A stretch of DNA of 64,000 nucleotides from Candidatus Beckwithbacteria bacterium (GCA_012797845.1 JAAZOH010000038.1:11919-75918), one strand, 5' to 3'. Positions 39,908 through 50,393 are shown, counted from the first letter of the stretch. The notes: generated from the sequence alone by a model not told the origin. Made by a program: numbers and translations.

Positions 39908-41288
39908 AGTTGCCTCTCTTTTTCATGTTATTTATAAAAATTGATACCTGTTTTGATTTCTTTCTAGTTAGTAAAACTGACAAACCCAAGTAAGTTTCGG
40001 GTTTTAATTTAGCTAGTTTAGGATCACAATCTTTGGTTAGTTGTTGCCAATCTTTAGCAGTTATTTTTTTCTGTTTTGCAATCCCTGCTACTCTTTCATA
40101 GGCTTTGCTATCACCAGTAGTACGAGCTAGAGTCTGCCAAGCTTCAGCTAAGATATTCCAGTTTTGATTGAGGGCTTGCTGCATAATACTTTCATTAACA
40201 CTAATCGAATCTAGGCCTTTTTGCAGACTTTGGTAAGCCAGTAAGCAGTAGCTAAAAGCTGAACCAACATTTCGCCAAACAGTGCTTTCAGATAAATCCC
40301 GTTGTAAACGGCTAATGGGCAATTTACGAATAAAGGTTTCAAAAAAGCCATTAGCTAATACTAAATTACCTTCACTATTTTCAAATTCAATTGGGTTGAC
40401 TTTTTGAGGCATAGTTGAGGAACCAACATATTTTTCTTTACCTTTTTGCATAAGCCAGTCATCACTGATATAGCGCCACAGGTCCTGATTTAGGTCAAGC
40501 AAGACTCCATTAATACGCTCGAACAAACTAAATAGTTCTAAAAAATCATCAGGAAAATTGATCTGACTAGTTAGCTCATTACAGTCAAAGTCTAACTCCT
40601 TGCAAAAGTCTTGAGAAAATTGAGGCCAATTGATTTTGGGATAGGTAAAAGCTAAGGCATGATAGGCGCCAATGGCTCCATTTAGTTTGCCAACAAATTT
40701 AAACCGAGTGAGTTTGGTAAGTAAAGGTTGAAGCCTTAGGGCAAAAAGTATCAATTCTTTGCCAAAGGTAGTTGGTATAGCTGGCTGACCATGAGTGCGA
40801 GCTAGCATTGGAATTTGAACATATCGCAAAGCCAAAGTATTTAAGTTTTCTAAAACTTGGAGCAATTGAGGAATTAAAACCTGCTTTAAGCTATCTTTGG
40901 TCATTGACCTATAAGCCAAATTATTGACATCATCGGAAGTGATGCCAAAATGCAAAAAAGAAATAATATCTGACAATGAAGATTTTTGTAATTTTTTTTG
41001 TAAAAAATATTCAACGGCTTTAACATCATGATGAGTTTCTTCCTCAAGCTTTTTAACCTGCCGACAATAAGTAATATTGGGCTGACTTAGAGTATCTAAT
41101 AAGGACTGTTCTGAAGAAGTTAAAGGTCTAATGACTTGGTATTTTGATAATAATTTCAAATAAGCAAGCTCTATTTTAATGCGGTAGGTAATTAGAGCTG
41201 ATTCACTAAAATACTTTGAAAGCTGGGAAGTTTTGCTTTGGTACCGGCCGTCAAGTGGAGATATAGCTTGTAAATTATCGGCTATCAT
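39900..41288 (-). CDS. purB: Adenylosuccinate lyase
   Basis: ISPLDGRY, HDVKAVEY, RTHGQPA, GSSTMPQKVNPIEFENSEGN; start placed at ATG 41288. Confidence 0.96.
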   Translation of the reverse strand: MIADNLQAISPLDGRYQSKTSQLSKYFSESALITYRIKIELAYLKLLSKYQVIRPLTSSEQSLLDTLSQPNITYCRQVKKLEEETHHDVKAVEYFLQKKLQKSSLSDIISFLHFGITSDDVNNLAYRSMTKDSLKQVLIPQLLQVLENLNTLALRYVQIPMLARTHGQPAIPTTFGKELILFALRLQPLLTKLTRFKFVGKLNGAIGAYHALAFTYPKINWPQFSQDFCKELDFDCNELTSQINFPDDFLELFSLFERINGVLLDLNQDLWRYISDDWLMQKGKEKYVGSSTMPQKVNPIEFENSEGNLVLANGFFETFIRKLPISRLQRDLSESTVWRNVGSAFSYCLLAYQSLQKGLDSISVNESIMQQALNQNWNILAEAWQTLARTTGDSKAYERVAGIAKQKKITAKDWQQLTKDCDPKLAKLKPETYLGLSVLLTRKKSKQVSIFINNMKKRGNYV

Positions 41289-41332
41289 CACAGCTACTAT
41301 ACTAAAAATTTTAGCTTTGGGAAATATTAGAA

Positions 41333-41854
41333 TTATTGATCTAAAAATTTTTGCAACTTTACAATTTTGGGAACAATCACCGCTTTGCAATAAGCTTGAT
41401 CAGGATGCTTTTCAAAGTAGTTGTGATGTTCTGCCTCAGCTCCGTAAAATATTTCTAAAGGTTTGATTTCAGTCACAATAGGCATGGTAAAGTGGGATGC
41501 CTGCTCTTTTTTGGCAGCCTCAGCTAACTCTTTTTGCCTTTGATTAGTCCATAAAATAATAGAACGGTATTGGGGACCGATATCATTACCTTGGCGGTTA
41601 AATGTGGTTGGGTCATGAATTTTCCAGAAAATATCCAAAAGCTGCTGGTAGCTGATTTTTGTAGGATCATATTCCAGTTCCACCACCTCGGTATGGCCGG
41701 TAGTGCCGGTACTAACCAGATCATAACTGGGTTCAGCAATGTTGCCGCCGGCATAACCGGGAGTGACTTTGATAATGCCAGGAACCATTTTAAAAGTTGC
41801 CTCACTGCACCAGAAGCAGCCAGCGCCGAAAACAGCTAGCTCAGTTTTTGCCAT
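41333..41854 (-). CDS. msrA: Peptide-methionine (S)-S-oxide reductase
   Basis: GCFW, GYAGG, HDPT..NRQGND.GPQYRS. Confidence 0.97.
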   Translation of the reverse strand: MAKTELAVFGAGCFWCSEATFKMVPGIIKVTPGYAGGNIAEPSYDLVSTGTTGHTEVVELEYDPTKISYQQLLDIFWKIHDPTTFNRQGNDIGPQYRSIILWTNQRQKELAEAAKKEQASHFTMPIVTEIKPLEIFYGAEAEHHNYFEKHPDQAYCKAVIVPKIVKLQKFLDQ

Positions 41855-42222
41855 TACTTATCTCCTTTTGGTTGAAATTCTAATGAGATTGAATTGACAC
41901 AGTGTCTGGTGTTTTTGGAAGTTAATCCTTCACCGGTAAAAACATGGCCTAAATGAGCTCCACAGTTGGCACAAACTATTTCGGTTCTAACTCCATCAAA
42001 ATCCGGAACCTGCTTAACTGCTCCGGGAATTTCCTGGTCAAAGCTGGGCCAGCCGCATTGAGCATCAAACTTATCTTTGGAGCGGTACAAGGGTGTTTGG
42101 CAACGTTTACAGACATAGGCCCCTTCTTTCCAAAAATCATCATATATGCCGGTAAACGGTACTTCAGTTTCTTTATTTTCAATAACTTGCTTTTCTTCTG
42201 GTGTGAGCTGTTTAAAATTCAT
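41854..42222 (-). CDS. msrB: Peptide-methionine (R)-S-oxide reductase
   Basis: CGWPSF, RTEIVC..CGAHLGHVF, RHCVNS. Confidence 0.97.
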   Translation of the reverse strand: MNFKQLTPEEKQVIENKETEVPFTGIYDDFWKEGAYVCKRCQTPLYRSKDKFDAQCGWPSFDQEIPGAVKQVPDFDGVRTEIVCANCGAHLGHVFTGEGLTSKNTRHCVNSISLEFQPKGDK

Positions 42223-42288
42223 ATTACATAAATAACATAATAGGGGTGAAGATTATATGAAAATAAAAACTAAGCTATACTAATACCT

Positions 42289-43362
42289 ATGGAAAAAAGA
42301 ACCTTAAGTTATGACATTTTAAGAATTATTGCCATTTTAGGAGTGATAATTTCTCATAGCGATGAAATTACCACTTCAGTTACCAATTATGTAGGAGGAG
42401 CTACTTGGTGGATGGTAGTTTTTATTGATACTCTTTTTAGAATCTCGGTTCCATTCTTCGTACTACTTAGTGGGGCTTTGGCATTTCCAAAAGTTGTGAA
42501 TTCTTCTTATGCCCAAGTTTGGCAACGAATTTTGCATCGTTTACTTATACCTTTTGTTTTTTGGACAGCATTTTATGGGTGGTGGCAATGGCGATGGAAA
42601 GGAATTGCTTTTACTTTTGCTAGTTTTATAGATAATTTATTTTTTAGTCCCTCAGGCTTTTTATATTTCATTGTTTTAGTTATTGGTTTATATGCAATTA
42701 GTCCTTGCTTAAAACCGTTTTTAACATTTTCAAATAAACAAAAAACACGATTGGTATTTTGTTTATTTTTAGCTGCATCTCTTTACTCTACTCTGTTATA
42801 TTTTTTGCTTGATAAAAGCGAACCAGGTTTTTCGTTATTATTATTTTTGCCTTATACAAACTATTATCTTTTTGGTTACATATCACAAAATATTAAGCTG
42901 AAGACTAAAACAGCCTGGGGATTATTAGGAATTGCTTTAGTAATAGTTTTACTAAATAGTATTTTCTTTTACATAACTCTTAAACACTTTAATTCTGGCC
43001 AAACTATTTTTTGGGCAAAAACAAGTGGTTATTATTTCTGGAATACATTTTCATTACCAATTATCGCAACTACAATTTTGTTTTGGCTCGGGTTAAAACA
43101 ACTACTGGAAAACCTGGTGATAAAAGTTTTTATAAAAAATATTCTTGCTGAAATTTCTAAAGCATCGTACGGAATGTATTTAATTCATGGAGCTGTCATT
43201 ACCTTGGTTGATCATTATGGTCATATGGCAATTCATTTAATTAAACAAGCTCTTTATTTTGCTTATTTTAAAAAGATTTTAATGGTTTTTATACTTTCGT
43301 ATATATTAGCAGCAATTCTCAAGCGGCTCCCAGTTGCTAGGCTAATAGTAGGGGAAAAATAA
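42289..43362 (+). CDS. Acyltransferase family 3 membrane protein
   Basis: DILRIIAILGVI..H, VPFFVLLSG, RLLIPF, SYGMYLIH. Confidence 0.92.
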   Translation: MEKRTLSYDILRIIAILGVIISHSDEITTSVTNYVGGATWWMVVFIDTLFRISVPFFVLLSGALAFPKVVNSSYAQVWQRILHRLLIPFVFWTAFYGWWQWRWKGIAFTFASFIDNLFFSPSGFLYFIVLVIGLYAISPCLKPFLTFSNKQKTRLVFCLFLAASLYSTLLYFLLDKSEPGFSLLLFLPYTNYYLFGYISQNIKLKTKTAWGLLGIALVIVLLNSIFFYITLKHFNSGQTIFWAKTSGYYFWNTFSLPIIATTILFWLGLKQLLENLVIKVFIKNILAEISKASYGMYLIHGAVITLVDHYGHMAIHLIKQALYFAYFKKILMVFILSYILAAILKRLPVARLIVGEK

Positions 43363-43363
43363 T

Positions 43364-44533
43364 ATGAAAGCTCACAAAAATATCATTCTACTTTCAATTT
43401 TTAATTTTCTACTGGGTTTTTATTTATATGGGGCAATCATTGTGATTTATTTTAGTCAGCTAACAGGTTCGTACGCTTTAGCGATGGGTTTATTTTCTAT
43501 TACCATGATTGGTGCGGCTGCTTTAGAAATTCCAACTGGTATATATTCTGATTTAATTGGCCGGCGCAAAACCGTTATTTTGGGAAGCTTTGCAATTTTA
43601 CTTTCTTCAATTTTTTATGCTTGGGGATTTTCTTATGCTGTATTGATAATCGGCGCTTTGTTTGAAGCTCTTTCACGAGCTTTTTTCAGTGGCAATAATG
43701 ATGCCCTGCTTTATGATAGTTTGGCAGCTAGTGGCAAGGAAAAAGATTATGATGAGTATCTGGGTAAAGTCAGCTCTACAGAACAAGCCGCTTTGGCAGT
43801 TAGTGCTGTGCTTGGTGGGATTATCGCTGCTATTTCTATGAAATTGGTTGTTTGGCTAGCTGTGATACCTAATATATTTTTAGTCGTTATTGCTTTTCAG
43901 CTAGTTGACATCAGACGGTACAAAATTGAATCTGGGAATATATTTAATCATCTCAAAGAAGCTTTGCTAGTTTTTAAAAAAAGTTATAAGCTGCGGCTTT
44001 TAAGCTTAGCTTCAATAATAGAATTTGCTTTTGGAGAAACAGGCTTCACCTTTAATCCAGTTTTTATAAACTCTCTCTGGCCATTGTGGGCTGTAGGAAT
44101 ATCAAGGGCTTTAAGTTTTGCAGGCGGATCAATCAGCTTCTTTTTTGCCGGTAAAATCATTAAAAAATTTAAAGCCTTACCAACTTTATTTGCCAACTCT
44201 TTAATTAGTAGAATTATCACCTCGTTAGCAATTTTAATTGCCAATGTTTTTTCACCAGCTTTAATGTCTATGACTTCCTTACTTTATGGTTCGAGCGAAG
44301 TAGCCAGTAATACTCTATTACAAAAAGAATTTACAGACAAACAACGAGCGACGCTTTCTTCCATTAACTCTTTATTAGGATCACTAGCTTTTGGAATCAT
44401 TTCAGTTTTAGTCGGATTGATAGCAGATAAGCTAAATCCTAGAAGTACACTATTAATATTACAAATATTTTTACTGATTCCAATGTTTATTTATTGGCGG
44501 ATTTTTAAGCATGATAAAAAAGATATACATTAA
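43364..44533 (+). CDS. MFS transporter
   Basis: LEIPTGIYSDLIGRR, SGNNDALLYDSL, RATLSS. Confidence 0.92.
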   Translation: MKAHKNIILLSIFNFLLGFYLYGAIIVIYFSQLTGSYALAMGLFSITMIGAAALEIPTGIYSDLIGRRKTVILGSFAILLSSIFYAWGFSYAVLIIGALFEALSRAFFSGNNDALLYDSLAASGKEKDYDEYLGKVSSTEQAALAVSAVLGGIIAAISMKLVVWLAVIPNIFLVVIAFQLVDIRRYKIESGNIFNHLKEALLVFKKSYKLRLLSLASIIEFAFGETGFTFNPVFINSLWPLWAVGISRALSFAGGSISFFFAGKIIKKFKALPTLFANSLISRIITSLAILIANVFSPALMSMTSLLYGSSEVASNTLLQKEFTDKQRATLSSINSLLGSLAFGIISVLVGLIADKLNPRSTLLILQIFLLIPMFIYWRIFKHDKKDIH

Positions 44534-44578
44534 TTTTTTCTTCTTTGACTTGATTTTTTCTCAGTTTACAATACTTTT

Positions 44579-45748
44579 ATGTCAAAAAATATTTACTTAG
44601 CTTATATTTTGGCTTTTTTAAAAAATTCCTGATTTTGGTTGGGAATTTGGGTTTTTTACTACTTACGATTTACCGATTATGCAGGCATTGGCTTAATTGA
44701 GACAGTTCTGATTCTAACGATGACAATAGCAGAAATTCCTACTGGAGCTATTGCAGACTTGTTGGGCAAAAAAATAACTTTAACTGTAGCATTTTTGCTC
44801 ATGGCTTTTGGTAATATTTTTATGGGTTTGACTCCTAATTTCCCAATATTAGTAATCAGCGTTTTTATAGCCGGACTTGGTGGTACTTTTGAATCAGGCA
44901 CCTCAGAAGCCTTGATTTATGATTCTTTACTAGAAACAAAAGAAGAACATACATTTGATAAAGTGATTGCTAATATTAAGTCTATTCACCTGCTGGCTCC
45001 AGCTGTGACTGGAATTATTGGAGGCTTTTTATACGCACTTAATTTCAGACTGCCAATGTTAGCTTCTGGCTTTACTTATGGAATTGCTTTTATTATAACT
45101 TTCTTTTTACACGAACCCAGTATTGATTCTGAAAAATTTTCTTGGAGAAATTATATATTACAAACAAAACAAGGCATAAAACAGCTAAGTCAAACTATTG
45201 AAACCAAAAAAATCACTATCTTTTTGCTCTCAGTTGGTTTAATTGTGGTGATTACCAGTGAAATGCTTAATGATTTTTTAGCAGTAGAATTTAGTTTTAC
45301 TCCTCAAGAGCTAGCCATTTTTTGGTCTATTTGTTATTTAGTTTCGGCTGTTATGTCACAACTGACACCAAAATTTATAAAACAATTTGGACTTAAAAAA
45401 ACTGTTTTTGGGTTGGGTATTATTATTGCAGTTAGCCTTATCGTTTCTCCTATAGCCGGACTCATTTTAGGAGGATTTACTTTGTTTGTTCGAAATGGCT
45501 TTGGAGCCATATTTGAAAATGCAAGTTCAATAACTATAAACAGATTTACCTTGTCAAAATATCGGGCCACAACTATTTCCACTTTTAATATGTTTAAAAA
45601 TATTCCGTATGTTTTAACAGCATATCTCTTTGGTAGTTTAGCTAATATTTATTCGGCAAAAACCAGTGCTCTTTTTTTAGGGATTTTATTGCTGACCTTC
45701 ATTCTATTGCAGATAAATAGCATAAAAAGATTGCGAAAACCAAGCTGA
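44579..45748 (+). pseudogene. MFS transporter with in-frame TGA at codon 18
   Basis: MSKNIYLAYILAFLKNS*FWLGIW (TGA 44630-44632); EIPTGAIADLLGKK, SGTSEALIYDSL. Confidence 0.82.
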
Positions 45749-45775
45749 TTATACTGGGATACAACCAGCTTGGTT
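45738..45775. terminator. Stem-loop between convergent MFS genes
   Basis: AACCAAGCTG...CAGCTTGGTT inverted repeat. Confidence 0.55.
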
Positions 45776-45780
45776 ATAAA

Positions 45781-46947
45781 TTAATCATCCCGAAGCGGAC
45801 TCCGCAAGTTTGGAACCAGTAGTACTATGGCTGGCAAAAGTGCTATCAAAACCAAAGTCAAGTTTAGCGACTTAGTAGCTAAAAACCCAACTATCGGATT
45901 GGCAATAGCTGTAGCCAGGCGGATGTACATGGATAAAACTGAGCGCATGGTAGCTCGATTAGCTGATGGGACTAGCTCATGGAAATGACTGGTAGCAAAG
46001 TACACTCTGGTCAAGCCAAAACTGCCAGCTAAGACCAAGAATAAGACTACTCCAATACTACCAGGTAACAAGCCTCCAGCTACAAATCCCAACATAACTA
46101 AAACAGCAGTTAACCATAGGTATTTACTGGCCGATCCTACCAACTTTTCTAAGGTAATAAAGTTGTAGGATAGCAGCATTTCAATAGCTACGGTTCCGGC
46201 ATGAAACAGACCAAAGTACTTGATTGGGATACCAATTTGGCTTAGCAATGGTTGGTACAGCCAAATGACAAAGTAAGCTGCAGCTGCCACTAACACTAGG
46301 TTTAAACTCAGCCGTCTTAACTTGCTGTGGCTGTTAAACAACCTGATGCTTTCAACTATAGTTTGCTTAGCCGATCTGATCTCTGATTGACCGTTCTTGT
46401 ACTCTGGTAACTTGACCATAACTAGCAAAGCCAAAAACCAGGCCGAAGCAGTAAAAAGCTGTGGCGCGTTTAAGCCAAATGACGAAGCTATTGGTCCGCC
46501 CAATATAGCTGCAAAACTGAGGGCAAACATAGAAATAGCTTGGACTTTGCCAGTGACTTGCTTCATTTGATCTTGATGTCCCTCAGCTTTTAAGGCTTCA
46601 TAGAGCCAAGCTTCATCAGCACCTGAAATGAGCGCCAATCCTAATGCTAAGGTGAACTCTGCCAACATAAATAGCCAAATATTGGGAAACAAGCTGTAGA
46701 TGGTCATGCCAATAGCAAATAAAGCTGATCCCAAAGTCATTGAGAATTTTCGGCCATAGCGGTCAGCCACAAAACCAGTTGGCACTTCCAAAATCACTAC
46801 CCAGATAGCAAACCAACTTTGCAGTAGCTGAATTTGGAATTGATTAATACCACCCCACTGCGTAAAAAACGGGATCAACACCGCACTCATAAAATGCAGT
46901 GAAGTCAAAAATCTGACTAGATAGTAAAGCTTAATTTGTCTAGACAT
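45781..46947 (-). CDS. MFS transporter
   Basis: LEVPTGFVADRYGRK, SGADEAWLYE; GGAGG SD supports ATG 46947 (MSRQIK). Confidence 0.92.
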   Translation of the reverse strand: MSRQIKLYYLVRFLTSLHFMSAVLIPFFTQWGGINQFQIQLLQSWFAIWVVILEVPTGFVADRYGRKFSMTLGSALFAIGMTIYSLFPNIWLFMLAEFTLALGLALISGADEAWLYEALKAEGHQDQMKQVTGKVQAISMFALSFAAILGGPIASSFGLNAPQLFTASAWFLALLVMVKLPEYKNGQSEIRSAKQTIVESIRLFNSHSKLRRLSLNLVLVAAAAYFVIWLYQPLLSQIGIPIKYFGLFHAGTVAIEMLLSYNFITLEKLVGSASKYLWLTAVLVMLGFVAGGLLPGSIGVVLFLVLAGSFGLTRVYFATSHFHELVPSANRATMRSVLSMYIRLATAIANPIVGFLATKSLNLTLVLIALLPAIVLLVPNLRSPLRDD

Positions 46948-47046
46948 AATTTCCTCCTTTGTGTAATATCTCTTAGCTTTCAAAGAGCTTGACAAAAAAT
47001 CAGATTCCCAGCTGATAATTTTGCCAAGCAAACCTCCAAACACACT

Positions 47047-47072
47047 AAAAAAGCCTCCGGTTTGGAGGCTTT
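47047..47072 (-). terminator. Intrinsic terminator in the 5' leader of the MFS gene
   Basis: AAAGCCTCC-AAACC-GGAGGCTTTTTT. Confidence 0.8.
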
Positions 47073-47099
47073 GTTGATCAAACTATATTACGGTAATTT

Positions 47100-47204
47100 T
47101 TAATCAGTAGCCTCCTTGTGTTTTAGGTAATCAACACCAAACACCATACAAATAAGGGTGTTTTCTGAGCGATTGGTTTGATAAAGACTACGTTTGCCTA
47201 TCAT
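47100..47204 (-). promoter_or_regulatory. Putative 34-aa leader peptide ORF of an attenuator
   Basis: MIGKRSLYQTNRSENTLICMVFGVDYLKHKEATD*; last codons contain GGAGGCT, complementary to the terminator 5' arm; TTGCAT-16-TATAAT upstream. Confidence 0.55.
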
Positions 47205-47250
47205 ATGACTAATTATTATAATATAATTATAGGATAATGCAAGAATACTT

Positions 47251-47313
47251 TATCATCCTGAACGAAGTTGAAGGATCTTTTAAATAAGATTTCTCGACAA
47301 GCTCAAAATGACA
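47251..47313. repeat. Degenerate palindromic REP/MITE-like element
   Basis: TCATCCTGAACGAAGTTGAAGGATCT...AGATTTCTCGACAAGCTCAAAATGACA; right arm resembles 60871-60896. Confidence 0.55.
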
Positions 47314-47452
47314 ACGAAACTATATTTTTCATTTTACTTTGTTTTTAAATCTCTTGCCAAGTCTCAAATTGTCTTTTTTAATTACTTTTTATAATTATTT
47401 TGAAATTAGGCATATATTTGGTTATTAGCTATTTTGACACTATAATTAAGAT

Positions 47453-47923
47453 GTGATTTCAAGACAACATCTTCCTAGATACGAATTTACCCAAGAAGGT
47501 TTTGATAAGCTTTTGCTTGAGCAAGAGCAACTGACTCAAAACCGGGTTGGAGCAGTCAAAGATTTAGCTGAGGCTCGGGCTATGGGCGATCTATCAGAAA
47601 ATGGCTACTATAAAGCAGCTCGGGCCAAACTCTCCTCTATTGATTCGCGTTTAGGCCGGCTTAAACTCATGATCAAATATGCTGTGATCTTGGAAAGCAG
47701 CAAATCCGGGGCTGTTGATTTTGGTTGTAAAGTTACAGTGCAAGTTGGTTCCCTAAAGCGAGAATTTCAAATTGTGGGCAAAGAAGAATCAGATCCTTCA
47801 GCTGGGAAAATTTCTGGTCACTCACCGATTGGTCAAGCTTTGATGGGCAAGAAAAAAGGTGAGAAAGTTTTGGTACAAATTCCAGCCGGGGAAGTTGAGT
47901 ATGAGATTTTAGTTGTGGAGTAA
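47453..47923 (+). CDS. greA: Transcription elongation factor GreA
   Basis: ARAMGDLSENGYY, ISGHSPIGQAL. Confidence 0.93.
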   Translation: MISRQHLPRYEFTQEGFDKLLLEQEQLTQNRVGAVKDLAEARAMGDLSENGYYKAARAKLSSIDSRLGRLKLMIKYAVILESSKSGAVDFGCKVTVQVGSLKREFQIVGKEESDPSAGKISGHSPIGQALMGKKKGEKVLVQIPAGEVEYEILVVE

Positions 47924-49288
47924 ACAACTAGCACAATCAAAAGCTAATTTGGCTGTTTTTCCTTCAAAATCTAACCCTGTTAATTCATTAATACTCCCAA
48001 TAATCCTCTTTCCATTTACTACAATTCCTAATTCTAAATTATAAGCATGACACATTGTTTGCATGCTTTGCATAAGGTTAATCATTTGTTCTCTTGTAAC
48101 TCCTCTAGGCGTGCGAGTATGTAAATTTAAATCAAGGTTTTGAGCTTCTTTAATAGGATGCCTGAGGGCTTGTGTTGTAAGAGAAATTTCTTGTAAGAAT
48201 CTGTTAAAAGCTGAAGGACGTGCTTGGGCAAAAGTTTTAATATCGGAATATGGTCCTTTTAAAGAATTCCATAAACAATATAGATCCTGCACTCCCAATA
48301 AAAGTATTGTATTCCAACTACTATAATCAATTGCTGTTGTTTGAGCTTCTAAATCATCAATAACATCGAGACATATAGAACAAAACACTTGCCTAATTCC
48401 AGCTTGGGAAAATAATTGAAGTTGTCTTGAAAGTGCTTCTGTAAGACATTCTTGTGTTGTTTGGCCTTGTGTATCAAATATATTATGATCTATATTGAGT
48501 CTTCCTTGATAAAATTTATATATTTTATGCATTAAACCAAGTTGAGCTTGATGAATGGTTGTGTCATTTACTTGTCCACGATTTTTAGCATCTTTGGCTA
48601 GCGAAAGAATATCAAGTTCTTCACCAGTTGATGCTGTTAATTTTCCAGTAATAATTTGTTGAATCAATTCTTGATTTATTCCTATAACACCAATAGCTCC
48701 AATACCCAAAGGATCTAATAATATATTTAGAAAATTACTTTTATCTGGTAATGTATTTCCTATTGGGATGTAAAAATCTGGGTGTCTATCAAAAACCAAC
48801 CAACCAACTTGTCCAAGGTCAACGCCTGCTTGTTCTAAAGTATGGGCTAAGTAAGCATCATGACCATGATTTGAAGTTATAAAACACACACTTCTGTCTG
48901 AATTTGTATCCAAGACATCAGCGTAAAAAGTTGATAAACCTATCTCATTAACATTGGCAGGATAATTTCCACCTATGAGATTAATAGCACTATCTAAACC
49001 GTCTGGGGCTTTTTTAAGACCTTTAACAATTCTAATAATTTGAGATTTATCAAGTTGGGAACATAGATTAGTTTCTTCCAAAACAAGAGTAATCCAGCGT
49101 GAATCTTGTGTTGTGCATTCTTTTCTACATGCCTGAATTAAACCTAGATTTCCTCTAAACAAAGAAGGATTAAATACCTTTATAAGCTCTAATATAGGTA
49201 AAACGTCAGTTGCATCCCCTTCTAATCGAGGAGTAATTATAATTTCAGAATGTGGTCTTAAAGTCTCTCCTAATTCTCTATTTTTCAT
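47909..49288 (-). CDS. Hypothetical protein with divergent arginase/ureohydrolase-like motifs
   Basis: SNH, VFDRHPDF (cf. DAHxD), SICLDVID (cf. SxDxDxxD), INE. Confidence 0.5.
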   Translation of the reverse strand: MKNRELGETLRPHSEIIITPRLEGDATDVLPILELIKVFNPSLFRGNLGLIQACRKECTTQDSRWITLVLEETNLCSQLDKSQIIRIVKGLKKAPDGLDSAINLIGGNYPANVNEIGLSTFYADVLDTNSDRSVCFITSNHGHDAYLAHTLEQAGVDLGQVGWLVFDRHPDFYIPIGNTLPDKSNFLNILLDPLGIGAIGVIGINQELIQQIITGKLTASTGEELDILSLAKDAKNRGQVNDTTIHQAQLGLMHKIYKFYQGRLNIDHNIFDTQGQTTQECLTEALSRQLQLFSQAGIRQVFCSICLDVIDDLEAQTTAIDYSSWNTILLLGVQDLYCLWNSLKGPYSDIKTFAQARPSAFNRFLQEISLTTQALRHPIKEAQNLDLNLHTRTPRGVTREQMINLMQSMQTMCHAYNLELGIVVNGKRIIGSINELTGLDFEGKTAKLAFDCASCLLHN

Positions 49289-49331
49289 AGTAGTTGAGGC
49301 AGAGGAAGTTATTGTATCAAAAATATGAAAA

Positions 49332-50393
49332 TTAGCTATAAAATAAATCTAATTGCTTGCTTGCCCGCTTTTTCTCTGAAATCGGGACTTTAGCTTTACT
49401 AATCGCTTTTCGCAAAATTTCAATATTTTGGTCATAAAGCTCCCTATCTACTGGATAAGGAATGCCATCTTTACCGCCATGAGCAAAACTGTATTGCACC
49501 GGATCTTCAAAAGATGGCTTGGCTCCGGCTAAAACTTCTGCTAAAAGCGTTAGAGCCCGTAAAGTTTTAGGGCCAAGATTAGGTGTCAGTAAAACATCAG
49601 AAAAGGTTTTAGCTTGCTCTTGGTAGGTTTGTAGTAGTACTTTTTCCAGATAGATAGGTTTGAGATCAGTAGTTTTGATATAGTGACGACTAGGCAAATC
49701 CAGAAGTACTAGTTTTTTCCACTCTTTCAAAATTTTATCTGGCTTTTCTTTGCTAATTTCAGTTATAGTTTGGCGGGAGCTGCGGCTTTTTTTTGCAACT
49801 AAGTTAAGTGGTTTGGTTTTAGTGTTACAAACTATGGCTTGATGAGGATTGTTAACAAAACTTTGCAAACTATCAGACAACCAATGATAACGGCGGGCAT
49901 AACGGGTTTCACTATTCATCCCCTGCTGAACTACGGCCCAATTACCGTTTTTATCAAAAAAGAAATTATGGTGGTAGAGCTGAAAGCCATCTTGTAAAGC
50001 CGTATTGTCAACTTTAGCTGAGAGTTTTGAAGCTTTGATTAATCGAAGTGACTGCTTATTACCAGAGTTGGCAATTTCTTGTGGGGTTTTTCGGGAAGTG
50101 CCACCCTTACCGCCGCAGATAAACAGGCCCAGGTCCTGTTCTAAACCTTTAATACCTTCTTTCAAAGCGCCGCAAGTTGTGGTTGTCAGACCACTGCTGT
50201 GCCAGTCAAAGCCCAAAACACAACCCAAAGATTGAAACCAAACCGGATGAGAAATCCGGCGTAAAAATTCATGACTGCCATACTCACTAACAATAAAAAT
50301 CGTAATTTCCCGGGACAAAGCTACCATCCGTTTGAAAAGCCAAGAAGGAGCTTTGCCACCATGAAGAGGTAGATTAGCAATGCCGGTTTTCAT
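49332..50393 (-). CDS. DUF763 domain protein
   Basis: LPLHGGKAPSWL, WFQSLGCVLGFDWHSSGLTT, AKVDNTALQDG, FAHGGKDG. Confidence 0.93.
   Translation of the reverse strand: MKTGIANLPLHGGKAPSWLFKRMVALSREITIFIVSEYGSHEFLRRISHPVWFQSLGCVLGFDWHSSGLTTTTCGALKEGIKGLEQDLGLFICGGKGGTSRKTPQEIANSGNKQSLRLIKASKLSAKVDNTALQDGFQLYHHNFFFDKNGNWAVVQQGMNSETRYARRYHWLSDSLQSFVNNPHQAIVCNTKTKPLNLVAKKSRSSRQTITEISKEKPDKILKEWKKLVLLDLPSRHYIKTTDLKPIYLEKVLLQTYQEQAKTFSDVLLTPNLGPKTLRALTLLAEVLAGAKPSFEDPVQYSFAHGGKDGIPYPVDRELYDQNIEILRKAISKAKVPISEKKRASKQLDLFYS

Noticed and set aside
44630-44632. TGA recoding (code 4 or 25)
   Set aside because: TGA terminates other genes at expected ends (8996, 45748, 60866, 63164), and long ORFs are intact under code 11
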